Source: Candidatus Omnitrophota bacterium (GTDB taxonomy: Bacteria > Omnitrophota > Gorgyraeia > Gygaellales > Profunditerraquicolaceae). Taken from it: 56,644 nt of DNA. A program made the position numbers and the translations under genes. The DNA lies in NCBI GenBank assembly GCA_041652635.1, contig JBAZGW010000002.1, positions 1 to 56,644 of the forward strand, written 5' to 3'. Position 1 is the stretch's first letter; the number at the start of each line of letters is the position of its first letter. Below, piece by piece: positions 1-9,399 of the stretch. The notes beneath the pieces were generated by a model that ran no database searches, had not been told where the DNA came from, and saw nothing but the letters and a program-made list of their open reading frames with translations.

Positions 1-68
1 TTTATGCTCATCGTGATTTCTTCTCGCGGTAGCGTAGGGATAATCGGGAATAATGGCCACTACATAAA

Positions 69-99
69 TTTCTGATAGTCGAGAATCGAAATTAGATCG
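69..99. repeat. 31-nt intergenic repeat, copy A (tttctgataGtcgagaatcgaaattagaTcg)
   Basis: Identical to 3834..3864 at 29 of 31 positions. It is followed by a hairpin (gcaatcgaga...tctcgattgc, 99..149) and a gtRcgctgt...acagcgca stem-loop (about 153..187). Confidence 0.7.
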
Positions 100-234
100 C
101 AATCGAGAACTTCTATCGAATCAAATCCCGATTTTCGACTCTCGATTGCTCTGTACGCTGTCTAAAGAACTTATTTAACAGCGCACTAGCCATCCAAGTA
201 TATACTATATATAGTTACAGGGTCAATAAAATTG

Positions 235-263
235 TTGACTAAAACACGTTGTTAAACTAAAAT
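235..263 (+). promoter_or_regulatory. sigma70-type promoter upstream of tRNA-Glu
   Basis: TTGACT (235-240), a 17-nt spacer, then TAAAAT (258-263), about 65 nt upstream of the tRNA 5' end. Confidence 0.45.
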
Positions 264-330
264 TATACAGTCTTTTTGTATATGCAGGGCCCCCGTCTTT
301 AAATAACAGCAGAGTTTCCTGAGATTACAC

Positions 331-408
331 GGCCCCATCGTCTAGCCTGGTCTAGGACGAATGGTTCTCAGCCATTAAACACCGGTTCAAATCCGGTTGG
401 GGCTACCA
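331..408 (+). tRNA. tRNA-Glu (anticodon CUC), encoded CCA end
   Basis: Cloverleaf folded by hand. Acceptor stem GGCCCCA/TGGGGCT (G1:U72). Anticodon stem AATGG/CCATT with loop TTCTCAG, giving anticodon CTC. T-arm ACCGG-TTCAAAT-CCGGT, discriminator A, then CCA. Confidence 0.9.
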
Positions 409-621
409 AATTATCGTAAAACGATAATTTGGTGGAGCAATTGAGCAATCGAAAATAGAACAATAGACAAGCAAAAACTTGATTGTGGTCTAATGTTCTA
501 TTGTTCCATTGTTCAAGGTTTTCCGGTTCTCCCGCTGCGCAAAGGCCACGTGCTTCGCGGGATCAATTCCGGCAGATAGGTTACGTCGCTAAAAAAGCTC
601 CGTAACGTATGCCGTCATTGA

Positions 622-638
622 AAATCCGGTTGGGGCTA
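622..638 (+). repeat. Direct repeat of the tRNA-Glu 3' end (aaatccggttggggcta)
   Basis: 17/17 identity with 389..405 (3' T-stem plus 3' acceptor strand). As with the real tRNA end, it is immediately followed by a perfect hairpin (639..669). Confidence 0.8.
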
Positions 639-977
639 GTACTTCTGCCTGAAGAACAGGCAGAAGTACAGAACAATCGAGCAATAGATAATAGAATAAT
701 ACCTGCCTGCCGGTAGGCAGGGACAATAGAGATAACAGATTTACGGTTTTCGGCAGTTCCCCCCGGGAAATATCGTCTAAGCCTTCGACAATTCCATCCA
801 GATAGCTTTCTCAAGGAAGCAGGATCTTAAAATGGATTTCAATTAAAGCAAGTGAGTTGCCGGGTAACTCCGGCGTTTATTAATACAGGTTCGGAGTCGC
901 GGGAGCATCAGAAAATAAAAAGAGAGTTGGGATTGAACAATCGACAATAGAGCATTAGACAAAAGAAAATAAATCTT

Positions 978-2867
978 ATGGCGTTGATCAGTTTACAGGA
1001 AATCAGTCTTAGCTTCGGCGGTCCGCTTATCTTCGATAAGTTGAGCCTGCAGGTGGAGCCGGGAGAGCGTATCGCTTTGCTGGGCAGGAACGGCGCCGGG
1101 AAGACCACGTTGATGAAAGTCCTGGCCGGGCTGCAGCCGGTCAGCGATGGGAATGTAGTGTGTTCCTCGGGTATCCAGGTCGCTCATCTGCCGCAGGAAG
1201 TGCCGCTGGATATTAAAGGCAATGTTTTTGACATTGTGCTTTCCGGGCTTGGCCGGCGCGCCGAACTCTTGTCGGAATACCACCGTTTAACTCACCGCCT
1301 GCAAAGCGAGAGCACTCCCGGAATGTTGCGCCAGCTTGATGATCTGCAATCCGAACTTGACCGCACCTCTGCCTGGGACCTGAATAACCAGGTGGAATAT
1401 ATCATCAGCAGGATGAAGCTTTCCGGCGAAAGCGGCTTTGAGTCGTTGTCCGGAGGACAGAAGCGCCGGGTGCTTTTGGCCAGGGCGCTGGTGCTTAAAC
1501 CGGATTTACTGCTTCTGGATGAGCCGACGAACCATCTGGATATAGATTCGGTGGGCTGGCTGGAAAAATTCCTGCCAGGTTATCCCGGCACCGTTTTCTT
1601 CGTCACCCACGACCGTATGTTTATGAGCAACCTGGCGACCCGGATAATCGAGCTTGACCGCGGCAGGCTGTTCAGTTGGGCGTGCGATTATAAAACTTTT
1701 CTGGAGCGCAAACAATTGGCGCTGGATATCGAAGAAGCTTCCCGGGAAAACTTCGACAAAAAACTGGCGCGCGAGGAGATCTGGATCCGCCAGGGAGTAA
1801 AAGCCAGGCGCTGCCGGAACGAGGGCAGGGTTAAAGCCTTGGAGCACTTGCGCGACGAAAAGAAAGCCGAGCGCAGGCAGATCGGCCAGGCAAGCATAAA
1901 ATCGCAGGAAAGCGTTCTTTCCGGGCAGCGGGTGATCAAAGCGGTCAATGTGAATTTCGGCTACGGAGAGAACCGCCTGGTCCGTAATTTTGCCGCCCAG
2001 GTTATGCGCGGCGACAAGATCGGGGTGATCGGTCCCAACGGCAGCGGCAAGACCACCCTATTGAAGGTACTGCTTGGGTTGATCAAGCCGGATACCGGTA
2101 AGATCACCCTGGGGACCGATTTGCAGATCGCTTATTACGACCAACTGCGCGAACAACTGGATGAAGAGCGTTCCATAATAGAGAATGTCAGCGGCACAGG
2201 GGAGACGATAATTTTCAACGGCAAGCCGCGGCATGTGATCGGGTATCTGCAGAATTTCCTTTTTTCTCCGGACCGGGCGCGCTGCCCGGCGCGGGGCCTC
2301 TCCGGCGGGGAGCGTAACCGGCTTTTCCTCGCCAGGCTTTTCAGCAAGCCGTTCAATCTGTTGGTTATGGACGAGCCGACCAATGACCTGGATATGGAGA
2401 CGCTGGAGCTCTTGGAGGAGTTATTGCTTGAATTCCCCGGTACTCTTCTTTTGGTGAGCCACGACAGGACGTTCTTGAATAACGTGGTAACTTCCACCAT
2501 GGTACTGGAAGGGGACGGGGTGATCAACGAGTATCCCGGAGGATACGACGATTGGCTGCAACAGAGATGCCCGCCGAAAACGGAGAACGGCAAGCCAGGC
2601 AAACCCGTTAAAGAACCGGCCAAAGCGGCACCCGCTAATAAAAACAGGAAACTTTCCTATAAAGAACAGCGTGAATTGGAAGCCCTGCCGGTGAAGCTGG
2701 AGCGATTGGAAGCGGAACAAAAACAGCTCTATGCTCTTTTAACGGATGTCAATTTTTATCAACAGGAGGCGGTAAAGATCTCCGGTGTAAAGGCCAGGCT
2801 AACCGCTTTGGAAAAAGAACTTGAAGAATCCTACAACAGGTGGGAAGAGCTGGAGAATAACGGATAG
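978..2867 (+). CDS. uup: ABC-F family ATPase (Uup-like), 629 aa
   Basis: Two ABC cassettes with no TM domain. Walker A GRNGAGKTT and GPNGSGKTT, signatures LSGGQKRR and LSGGERNR, and a C-terminal coiled-coil tail as in Uup. Confidence 0.9.
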   Translation: MALISLQEISLSFGGPLIFDKLSLQVEPGERIALLGRNGAGKTTLMKVLAGLQPVSDGNVVCSSGIQVAHLPQEVPLDIKGNVFDIVLSGLGRRAELLSEYHRLTHRLQSESTPGMLRQLDDLQSELDRTSAWDLNNQVEYIISRMKLSGESGFESLSGGQKRRVLLARALVLKPDLLLLDEPTNHLDIDSVGWLEKFLPGYPGTVFFVTHDRMFMSNLATRIIELDRGRLFSWACDYKTFLERKQLALDIEEASRENFDKKLAREEIWIRQGVKARRCRNEGRVKALEHLRDEKKAERRQIGQASIKSQESVLSGQRVIKAVNVNFGYGENRLVRNFAAQVMRGDKIGVIGPNGSGKTTLLKVLLGLIKPDTGKITLGTDLQIAYYDQLREQLDEERSIIENVSGTGETIIFNGKPRHVIGYLQNFLFSPDRARCPARGLSGGERNRLFLARLFSKPFNLLVMDEPTNDLDMETLELLEELLLEFPGTLLLVSHDRTFLNNVVTSTMVLEGDGVINEYPGGYDDWLQQRCPPKTENGKPGKPVKEPAKAAPANKNRKLSYKEQRELEALPVKLERLEAEQKQLYALLTDVNFYQQEAVKISGVKARLTALEKELEESYNRWEELENNG

Positions 2868-3078
2868 GTTCCATAGTCTCTCACGTGCCTCAGAACCCAG
2901 CATTTGCTTTTTTGTTTCCAGAACCCATAACCTAGCACCCAGAACCCGTTTTTCCTAATTGAGTTGCTTTCCGCTTAAATAAAGATATAATAGAATACAT
3001 ATATTAACGGCAAAGATACCTTCTCCTCGCGTTTAACGGGAGTTTTAAGGGGAAGGGCGTTTAAAGAAAGGATTTACG

Positions 3079-3783
3079 ATGAAAATAGGAATATTCGGCA
3101 TAGATAATCTTTCAGCCGGCAAAGCGAACGTCAAGGATGAAAGAGTTGACGCGCTGGCGAAGATGTTCAATTCCGCTAAAAAGGTTTATATCCAGGCGGA
3201 CCTGATCATAGACCGTGAGAAGATCAAGGAGGCCGATGGGATCATCTGTCCGGCGCTATCCAAAGACGATCTGATACTTTCCGATATGGAATTCGTGGAA
3301 TTGCGCCTGGAACGCTCCAGCGACGAGGCGGAGAAAAAACTGATGTCCAGGTTTAAAGAACAGCTGGATAAAGTGAGTTTCCTTTCGGAACTGGAGATCA
3401 GCGAGGAAGAGAATAAATTCATTTCAGGGTATCCCTTATTGACGGTAAAACCGGTTTATCTGGCCCAGCCGGAAGAGGTCGAGGACAAGGATAAACTTTT
3501 TCCGCCGGCCTACGCGCAATTCGGATATATTTCTTATTTTACCGCCGGGGATAAAGACGCGCACGCCTGGTCTTTGAAGAAAGGCGCCAATGCCTGGGAA
3601 GCCGCCGGTTGCATCCATTCCGATATTCAGAAAGGTTTTATCCGCGCGGAAGTGGTGAGCTATGCCGATTTGATCAGCTCCGGAAGCCTTTCGCAGGCAA
3701 GGAATAATAACGCGATAAAACTGGAAAACAAGGAATATGCCGTGCAGGACGGGGATTACATAGTTTTTAAATGTAATAAGTGA
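3079..3783 (+). CDS. YchF-like protein (coiled-coil plus TGS/DUF933 C-terminus) with degenerate, shortened G domain, 234 aa
   Basis: The C-terminus 'FFTAGDKDAHAWSLKKGANAWEAAGCIHSDIQKGFIRAEVVSY...EYAVQDGDYIVFKCN' matches the YchF TGS-like end. The N-terminus 'GIFGIDNLSAGKAN' replaces the GxPNVGKST P-loop. The protein is about 130 aa shorter than YchF. Confidence 0.7.
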   Translation: MKIGIFGIDNLSAGKANVKDERVDALAKMFNSAKKVYIQADLIIDREKIKEADGIICPALSKDDLILSDMEFVELRLERSSDEAEKKLMSRFKEQLDKVSFLSELEISEEENKFISGYPLLTVKPVYLAQPEEVEDKDKLFPPAYAQFGYISYFTAGDKDAHAWSLKKGANAWEAAGCIHSDIQKGFIRAEVVSYADLISSGSLSQARNNNAIKLENKEYAVQDGDYIVFKCNK

Positions 3784-3833
3784 TCTGTCGTTCCATGACG
3801 CGCAAGAACAACGGTAGCCCATTGTTACAAGAG

Positions 3834-3864
3834 TTTCTGATAATCGAGAATCGAAATTAGACCG
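3834..3864. repeat. 31-nt intergenic repeat, copy B
   Basis: 29/31 identity to 69..99. It is followed by hairpin gtccgcc-tgc-ggcggac and stem-loop tgcgctgtta...taacagcgca (3884..3921). Confidence 0.7.
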
Positions 3865-3937
3865 TCCGCCTGCGGCGGACTCTGTGCGCTGTTAATATAA
3901 ATAATTAATGTAACAGCGCAGTAATAAGGATCATCAA

Positions 3938-5482
3938 ATGATAAAGATAAAACGGGCGTTGATCAGTGTTTACGATAAACAAGGATTGCTTGAGTTGGCT
4001 TCTTGCCTGCGGGGATTCGGCGTGGAAATACTTTCCACCGGAGGGACAGCCGCCACGCTGCGTAAGAACGGGATCACGGTCAAGGAAGTTTCCGAGCATA
4101 CCGGTTTTCCGGAAATGCTGGACGGCAGGGTGAAAACCCTGCATCCGGCGATACACGGAGGGTTGCTGGCTGTCCGGAGCAATCCGGAACACCTGCGCAG
4201 CCTTCAGGAACATGGCATCACTGAGATCGATATGGTGGTGGTGAATTTATATCCTTTTGAAGCGGTTGCCGCCAGGCCCGGGGTCAGCGACGAGGAAATC
4301 ATTGAGAATATAGATATCGGCGGGCCGGCGATGCTGCGTTCCGCGGCCAAGAACAGCGCTTCGGTGGCGGTGATCTGCGACCCCCGGAGTTACGCGGGCG
4401 TGATCTCCGAAATGAAGCGTAATAACGGTTCTCTCCCCGGAGAATTACTGCGTTCCCTGGCCACGGAAGTGTTTGCCAGGACCAGCGCCTACGACAGCGC
4501 TATTCACGCGTATCTTTCCGGGCAGTCTTCGGAGCCGGACCTCCCCCGGGAATTGCGTATGGGGTTCGTTAAATTGCAGGAATTGCGTTATGGCGAGAAC
4601 CCGCATCAACGCGCCGCGTTCTATGGCCGCGCCGGGGAAATATCCGGCCTGGCGGCGATGCGTCAATTGCAGGGGAAAGAGCTTTCCTTCAATAATTTCC
4701 TGGATTTGAATGCGGCGGTGGCTATCGTGCGCGAATTCGATTCTCCGGCAGCCGTGATAATAAAGCATAATAATCCCTGCGGCGCCGCCTGCGCCGTTTC
4801 TTTGTCCAAAGCATATATCGACGCTTGGAAATGCGATCAGCTTTCGGCATTCGGCGGCATAGTCGCGTTGAATAAACCGCTGGACGCCAAGACGGCTTCA
4901 GCCATACTGCGCAGCGGATTTTTGGAATGCATTATTGCCCCGGGGTACGAGAAGGGGACCGCCGAATTGTTCAAGAATAAAAAGAACCTCCGTCTGTTGG
5001 AACTTCCCGATTATAACGATACGCAGGCAATGGATTTTAAACGCGTCAACGGCGGCTGCTTGTTACAGGAACGGGACAGATTTTCGTTGGACGATAAGAA
5101 ACTGACCGTAGTAACGGCTAAGAAACCCGGCCGTAAACAATTGGAAAGCCTGGTTTTCGCCTGGGAGATCGCCAAGCACGTGAAATCGAACGCGATCGTA
5201 TTGACGAAAGGCACGCGCTGCGTCGGTATCGGAGCCGGGCAGATGTCCAGAGTGGAGTCTGTGGCCATCGCCGCCAAGAAAGCCGGTAAAGACGCCGGAG
5301 AGCTTTGCCTGGCGTCAGACGCGTTCTTCCCTAAGCCGGACTCCATTATCCTGGCGGCCAGGGCCGGGGTCAAGGCGATAATACAACCCGGGGGCTCGAT
5401 AGCCGACGAAGAGATCATCCGCGCCTGTAATAAACACGGTATCGCGATGGTCTTTACCGGCATCCGGCATTTCAAACATTGA
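3938..5482 (+). CDS. purH: Bifunctional AICAR transformylase / IMP cyclohydrolase
   Basis: 514 aa. N-terminal MGS-like 'KRALISVYDKQGLLELA...LSTGGTA' and full-length collinearity with PurH, ending '...FTGIRHFKH'. Confidence 0.95.
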   Translation: MIKIKRALISVYDKQGLLELASCLRGFGVEILSTGGTAATLRKNGITVKEVSEHTGFPEMLDGRVKTLHPAIHGGLLAVRSNPEHLRSLQEHGITEIDMVVVNLYPFEAVAARPGVSDEEIIENIDIGGPAMLRSAAKNSASVAVICDPRSYAGVISEMKRNNGSLPGELLRSLATEVFARTSAYDSAIHAYLSGQSSEPDLPRELRMGFVKLQELRYGENPHQRAAFYGRAGEISGLAAMRQLQGKELSFNNFLDLNAAVAIVREFDSPAAVIIKHNNPCGAACAVSLSKAYIDAWKCDQLSAFGGIVALNKPLDAKTASAILRSGFLECIIAPGYEKGTAELFKNKKNLRLLELPDYNDTQAMDFKRVNGGCLLQERDRFSLDDKKLTVVTAKKPGRKQLESLVFAWEIAKHVKSNAIVLTKGTRCVGIGAGQMSRVESVAIAAKKAGKDAGELCLASDAFFPKPDSIILAARAGVKAIIQPGGSIADEEIIRACNKHGIAMVFTGIRHFKH

Positions 5483-5504
5483 ATTCCGCATTTTTCCGTC
5501 TACG

Positions 5505-6884
5505 ATGACTTACCGGCAGTCCCTGGATTACCTGGGATCCCTCATAAATTACGAAAGAATCACCCGTTGGGCGTATAAAACATCGTTTAAACTGGAGCGC
5601 TTCCGGGATTTTCTCGATACTATCGGCAATCCGCAGCGCCGCTTACGATGCGTGAATGTCGCCGGTTCCAAGGGGAAAGGATCGACCTGCGCTTTTATCG
5701 CGTATATGCTTAAGGAGTCCGGGTGCAGCGTCGGGCTTTACACTTCCCCGCATTTAAGCGATTTGCGGGAAAGGTTCAGGATACTGCATCCGGGGGAACC
5801 GCCTGATAGCGGGGATGTCTTTGAAGGGATGATCCCGGAAGATGTTTTTAGCGGACTTGTCGGATCCCTGAGAACAGCCAATGAAAGTTTCAGCGGAGGG
5901 GATAAGGGGAAAGGGATCACCTTTTTTGAATTCTGCACGGCGATGGCGTTCCAGTATTTCGCCAGGGAGAATGTGGATTTCTGCGTGTTGGAAACCGGTA
6001 TGGGCGGAAGGCTTGACGCTACCAATGTCGTCGAAGCCGTCTTCGCCGTGATCACGCCGATAAGCTATGAGCATACACAGGTGCTCGGCAGGACCCTGGC
6101 GGAGATCGCCGGAGAAAAAGCCGGGATCATCAAGCCGGCTGTCAACAAAAGACAGGTTCTGGAAGTGATCTCTTCTCCACAGATGGAGCCGGCAGCGGAG
6201 GTGATAAGGAAAAGATGCTCGTGGACGAAATCGGGGCTATGGGAAATGGGGAAGGATATCCCTTTCAGCGTGAAGAATGGTGAATTCTGCGTCAAGGGCA
6301 GGTTCGGCAGGTACGACGGGTTGAAGATCCGTCTGCCGGGCAGGCATCAGGTGGTTAATGCCTGCGCCGCCCTGGCCGCGGTGGAAGCAGTGGCGCATAG
6401 GTATAAAATAAAAGCCGATGTTGATTCTTTAAGGCGCGGACTTTATAATACTCTTTGGCCCGGCAGATGCGAAGTGGTTTCCCGCGGCCCGCTTATAGTG
6501 CTGGATGGCGCTCAGAATAAGGCTTCGGCCGCGGCACTAAAAGAGGCTGTAATGGACAATTTCTCCGGTAAAAGGCGTATATTGATACTGGGGATCTCCG
6601 CGGATAAAGATGTGCGCGCTGTCTGCAGGGAACTTGTCCCTTGGGCGGACACGGTAATAATCACCAGGGCGGATAATCCCCGCGCCTGCGATACCGGCGT
6701 AATAGAAAAAGAAGTGCTGCGCGTTGAACGCCTGACCGGCGGGTCTCCCGCGGTCTTGAAGACAAGTTCCGTTAAGGAAGCGCTGGAAAAAGCCGCGGCG
6801 GAAGCGGCGAGCGAAGATGTGATCCTGGTAGCAGGGTCGTTATTTGTGGCAGGGGAAGCCCGCGATGTTATTACAAAACGATAG
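5505..6884 (+). CDS. folC: Folylpolyglutamate synthase / dihydrofolate synthase
   Basis: Mur-ligase family. Has 'VAGSKGKGST' ATP-binding loop and 'TSPHL' motif. 459 aa. Confidence 0.9.
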   Translation: MTYRQSLDYLGSLINYERITRWAYKTSFKLERFRDFLDTIGNPQRRLRCVNVAGSKGKGSTCAFIAYMLKESGCSVGLYTSPHLSDLRERFRILHPGEPPDSGDVFEGMIPEDVFSGLVGSLRTANESFSGGDKGKGITFFEFCTAMAFQYFARENVDFCVLETGMGGRLDATNVVEAVFAVITPISYEHTQVLGRTLAEIAGEKAGIIKPAVNKRQVLEVISSPQMEPAAEVIRKRCSWTKSGLWEMGKDIPFSVKNGEFCVKGRFGRYDGLKIRLPGRHQVVNACAALAAVEAVAHRYKIKADVDSLRRGLYNTLWPGRCEVVSRGPLIVLDGAQNKASAAALKEAVMDNFSGKRRILILGISADKDVRAVCRELVPWADTVIITRADNPRACDTGVIEKEVLRVERLTGGSPAVLKTSSVKEALEKAAAEAASEDVILVAGSLFVAGEARDVITKR

Positions 6885-8268
6885 TGATACCATAGCGGCC
6901 ATTGCCACACCATGCGGAGAAGCCGGAATAGCCATAATCAGGGTCAGCGGCAGGGACGCGTTGTCCGTAGCCGACAGGGTTTTTCTGCCGGCGGAAGGCA
7001 AGAAACCTTCTTCGTCCCCCGGGTATTCTTTAAATTACGGATGGATCGTTTCCCGTAGAGATCCCGAAGACGGCGGACAGTCTGTGGATGAAGTGCTGCT
7101 GGGGGTTATGCGGGCCCCGCGCAGTTACACCCGCGAAGATGTGGTGGAGATAAATTGCCACGGCGGTGCGTTCAGCGTCAGGCGTATCCTTGATATATTG
7201 TTGAAGAGCGGATGCCGTCTGGCCGCTCCGGGAGAATTCACCAAACGGGCTTTTCTGAACGGCCGGATAGATCTGACCCAGGCCGAAGCGGTTATGGAGG
7301 TTATCGGAGCGAAGACCGAGGCCGCTTCCAGAAGCGGTATAATGCAGCTTAAAGGCGGGCTTTCCTCCAGGATAACTCCTTTGCGGGCCGCTCTTCTGGA
7401 TCTGTTGGCCGGACTGGAGGCCACGATAGATTTTCCCGAAGAAGAGGCTTATGCCGGGACTCTTGCAAGCGTTACCGCGGGGCTGGAGAAGATAATAAAA
7501 GGGATACGTTCTTTGATCGAAACCTCCCGCTGCGGTATCCCGTTAAGCGAAGGCGCGAGCGTGGTGATCTGCGGCAGGCCGAATACCGGGAAGTCGTCGT
7601 TGCTGAACGCGTTGTTGAAGAAAGAGCGTTCTATAGTGACTCCCTTGGCCGGGACAACGCGCGATACTGTCGAAGAAGCGGTGGATATTAAAGGTATCCC
7701 CGTGCGGCTTATAGATACCGCCGGAATAAAAGAGCCGGATGATATCGTCGAGAAAAAAGCCGTGCTTCGTTCGCGCCGCTATATCGATTCAGGAGACCTG
7801 GTGGTCTTATTATTTGACGGCGGCAAGAAGCTTGGCCCGGTAGATAAAGCATTGATACGAAAATTAAGAGGTAAAAAGAACGTGTTGGCGGTCGTCAATA
7901 AATGCGATCTGAAACAGCTTATCGAAACGGGCCTGTTGGAAAAGGAATTCGGCAATAGTTTGTCCGTGTCCGCCAGAAAAGGGATAAATATAGGGTTGTT
8001 GGAAGAGAAGATCGCAGGGAAGATATTTAAAGGGGGCGTGCCGGAAGGGGAATCGTTGTTTGTTTCCAACCGCAGGCATCTGGAGTTGCTGCGGCAGGCG
8101 GAAAAATATCTTTGCGAAGCTTTCGTTTCCTGCGTTAAGGATATTTCACCGGAATTGGCGGCGCAGGATATCAGGGATGCCCTTGGTAATCTGGATTCGA
8201 TCCTGGGGTTTAATTTTTCCGATGACGTATTGAAGAGAATATTCAGCCGGTTTTGTATAGGAAAGTAA
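6865..8268 (+). CDS. mnmE: tRNA modification GTPase MnmE
   Basis: '[22 protein letters not shown]' N-domain. G domain with [16 protein letters not shown] and NKCD. C-terminal 'CIGK'. I prefer the ATG at 6865 (AGGGGA 7-14 nt upstream) over the TTG at 6844 used by the ORF track. Confidence 0.9.
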   Translation: MLLQNDSDTIAAIATPCGEAGIAIIRVSGRDALSVADRVFLPAEGKKPSSSPGYSLNYGWIVSRRDPEDGGQSVDEVLLGVMRAPRSYTREDVVEINCHGGAFSVRRILDILLKSGCRLAAPGEFTKRAFLNGRIDLTQAEAVMEVIGAKTEAASRSGIMQLKGGLSSRITPLRAALLDLLAGLEATIDFPEEEAYAGTLASVTAGLEKIIKGIRSLIETSRCGIPLSEGASVVICGRPNTGKSSLLNALLKKERSIVTPLAGTTRDTVEEAVDIKGIPVRLIDTAGIKEPDDIVEKKAVLRSRRYIDSGDLVVLLFDGGKKLGPVDKALIRKLRGKKNVLAVVNKCDLKQLIETGLLEKEFGNSLSVSARKGINIGLLEEKIAGKIFKGGVPEGESLFVSNRRHLELLRQAEKYLCEAFVSCVKDISPELAAQDIRDALGNLDSILGFNFSDDVLKRIFSRFCIGK

Positions 8269-8281
8269 AACGGAGGACGCA

Positions 8282-8839
8282 ATGGATAAGAAGAAGATAG
8301 AGCGCGCGGTGAGGGATATCCTGAAGGCTATAGGAGATGACCCCCGCCGCAAGGATCTGCTGGAAACACCCCGGCGGGTGGCGGATATGTATGAAGAGAT
8401 ATTCTCCGGGATCAGCCAGGACCCCCAGGAAGAGCTGGAAGTCATCTTGGAGCAGAAGCACGATGAAATTATCCTGTTGAAAGGGATACCGCTGTATAGT
8501 ATATGCGAGCACCATCTGCTGCCTTTTATAGGTAAGGCCAATATCGCGTATATACCGAAGAACGGGCGCGTTACCGGGTTAAGCAAGCTGGCCAGGGTGG
8601 TGGATATCTTTTCGCGCCGGCCTCAGGTCCAGGAAAGATTGACCACGCAGATAGCGGATATGATAATGAAGAAGCTTCAACCGCGCGGATGCATGGTGGT
8701 GATAGAAGCGGAACATCTGTGTATGTCTATGCGCGGCGTCAAAAAACCGGGCACGCTCACCGTGACTTCGGCAGTGCGCGGGATCTTCCAGGAAAGCGAG
8801 AAAACCAGGGCGGAGACCCTGGCATTGATGAAGTTCTGA
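8282..8839 (+). CDS. folE: GTP cyclohydrolase I
   Basis: 185 aa with '[10 protein letters not shown]' and 'QVQERLT' motifs typical of FolE. Confidence 0.93.
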   Translation: MDKKKIERAVRDILKAIGDDPRRKDLLETPRRVADMYEEIFSGISQDPQEELEVILEQKHDEIILLKGIPLYSICEHHLLPFIGKANIAYIPKNGRVTGLSKLARVVDIFSRRPQVQERLTTQIADMIMKKLQPRGCMVVIEAEHLCMSMRGVKKPGTLTVTSAVRGIFQESEKTRAETLALMKF

Positions 8840-8850
8840 GAGGGGAGGCA

Positions 8851-9384
8851 ATGATGGGGATTGAAAGAAGGAAAGAAAAAAGAATGCATGTGGCGCTGCC
8901 GGTGAAGATCGTCTTCGGCGCGAAGGAAGAGATCTCCGGGATGACGGAGAATATCAGCCGTCTGGGGAGTTATATCGAGATAAACAGGCAGTTTGACTCC
9001 GGAACTGAATTGGATGTAACGCTGGAAATACCGGATTACATACAGGATAAACGCACGGGCGGGACAGTGAGGTGTCATGGCACTGTCTTTCGCTGTGACC
9101 TCAGGGAAGCTCCCGGCCCCGGTCCCTGCTACGGTATCGGCGTGTTCTTTACCGCCTTTTCTTCCAAGGAAGAGCGCGAAAGGCTTTCCAAATACGTTGA
9201 TTTTCTGAGCGCCAAAGAAGAGGAGACCGCTAAAGAAGGATTCAAAAAATGGAAAGAAAGAAAGATCGGCGGCGATTCCCGCCGGCGCCTTGAATACGAA
9301 AAGATGCTTTCTGAAATGAACGAGATGCTTAAAAAAGTCATCGTTAAACTTGAAAAGATAGAAAAAGCGGTACAGTCTAAATAA
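8851..9384 (+). CDS. PilZ domain protein with C-terminal coiled coil
   Basis: 'RRKEKR' (RxxxR) and 'ENISRLG' ((D/N)xSxxG) motifs. Start taken at the ATG at 8851, preceded by AGGGGAGG. The longer track ORF from 8689 overlaps folE. Confidence 0.75.
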   Translation: MMGIERRKEKRMHVALPVKIVFGAKEEISGMTENISRLGSYIEINRQFDSGTELDVTLEIPDYIQDKRTGGTVRCHGTVFRCDLREAPGPGPCYGIGVFFTAFSSKEERERLSKYVDFLSAKEEETAKEGFKKWKERKIGGDSRRRLEYEKMLSEMNEMLKKVIVKLEKIEKAVQSK

Positions 9385-9399
9385 GACGGAAGCGCGCTG

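Noticed and set aside
409-621. Integrated mobile element or prophage between the tRNA-end direct repeats
   Set aside because: Only about 215 bp lie between the repeats, and there is no integrase, excisionase or any other ORF. At best it is a remnant, and I report it as a repeat curiosity rather than as a mobile element.
581-814. 77-aa minus-strand ORF in the tRNA-uup spacer (also 908..1108 and 993..1283)
   Set aside because: It spans the hairpin and CAATAGA repeat modules, has odd composition and no RBS, or lies antisense to uup. It is most likely non-coding.
434-965. A CRISPR-like array, suggested by the repeated hairpins and CAATAGA strings
   Set aside because: The repeats are imperfect and irregularly spaced, occur in mixed orientation, and there are no cas genes. 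This is not a CRISPR array.
2891-2947. Three copies of CAGAACCC downstream of uup (2891, 2919, 2940)
   Set aside because: The 8-mers are short with irregular spacing (28 and 21 nt) and have no associated palindrome or promoter. They could be chance or a weak terminator-region feature, and the evidence is too thin to call.
8689-8850. N-terminal 54-codon extension of the PilZ ORF, overlapping folE
   Set aside because: It overlaps the conserved 3' end of folE in another frame. The ATG at 8851 has an AGGGGAGG RBS and begins right at the PilZ RxxxR motif.
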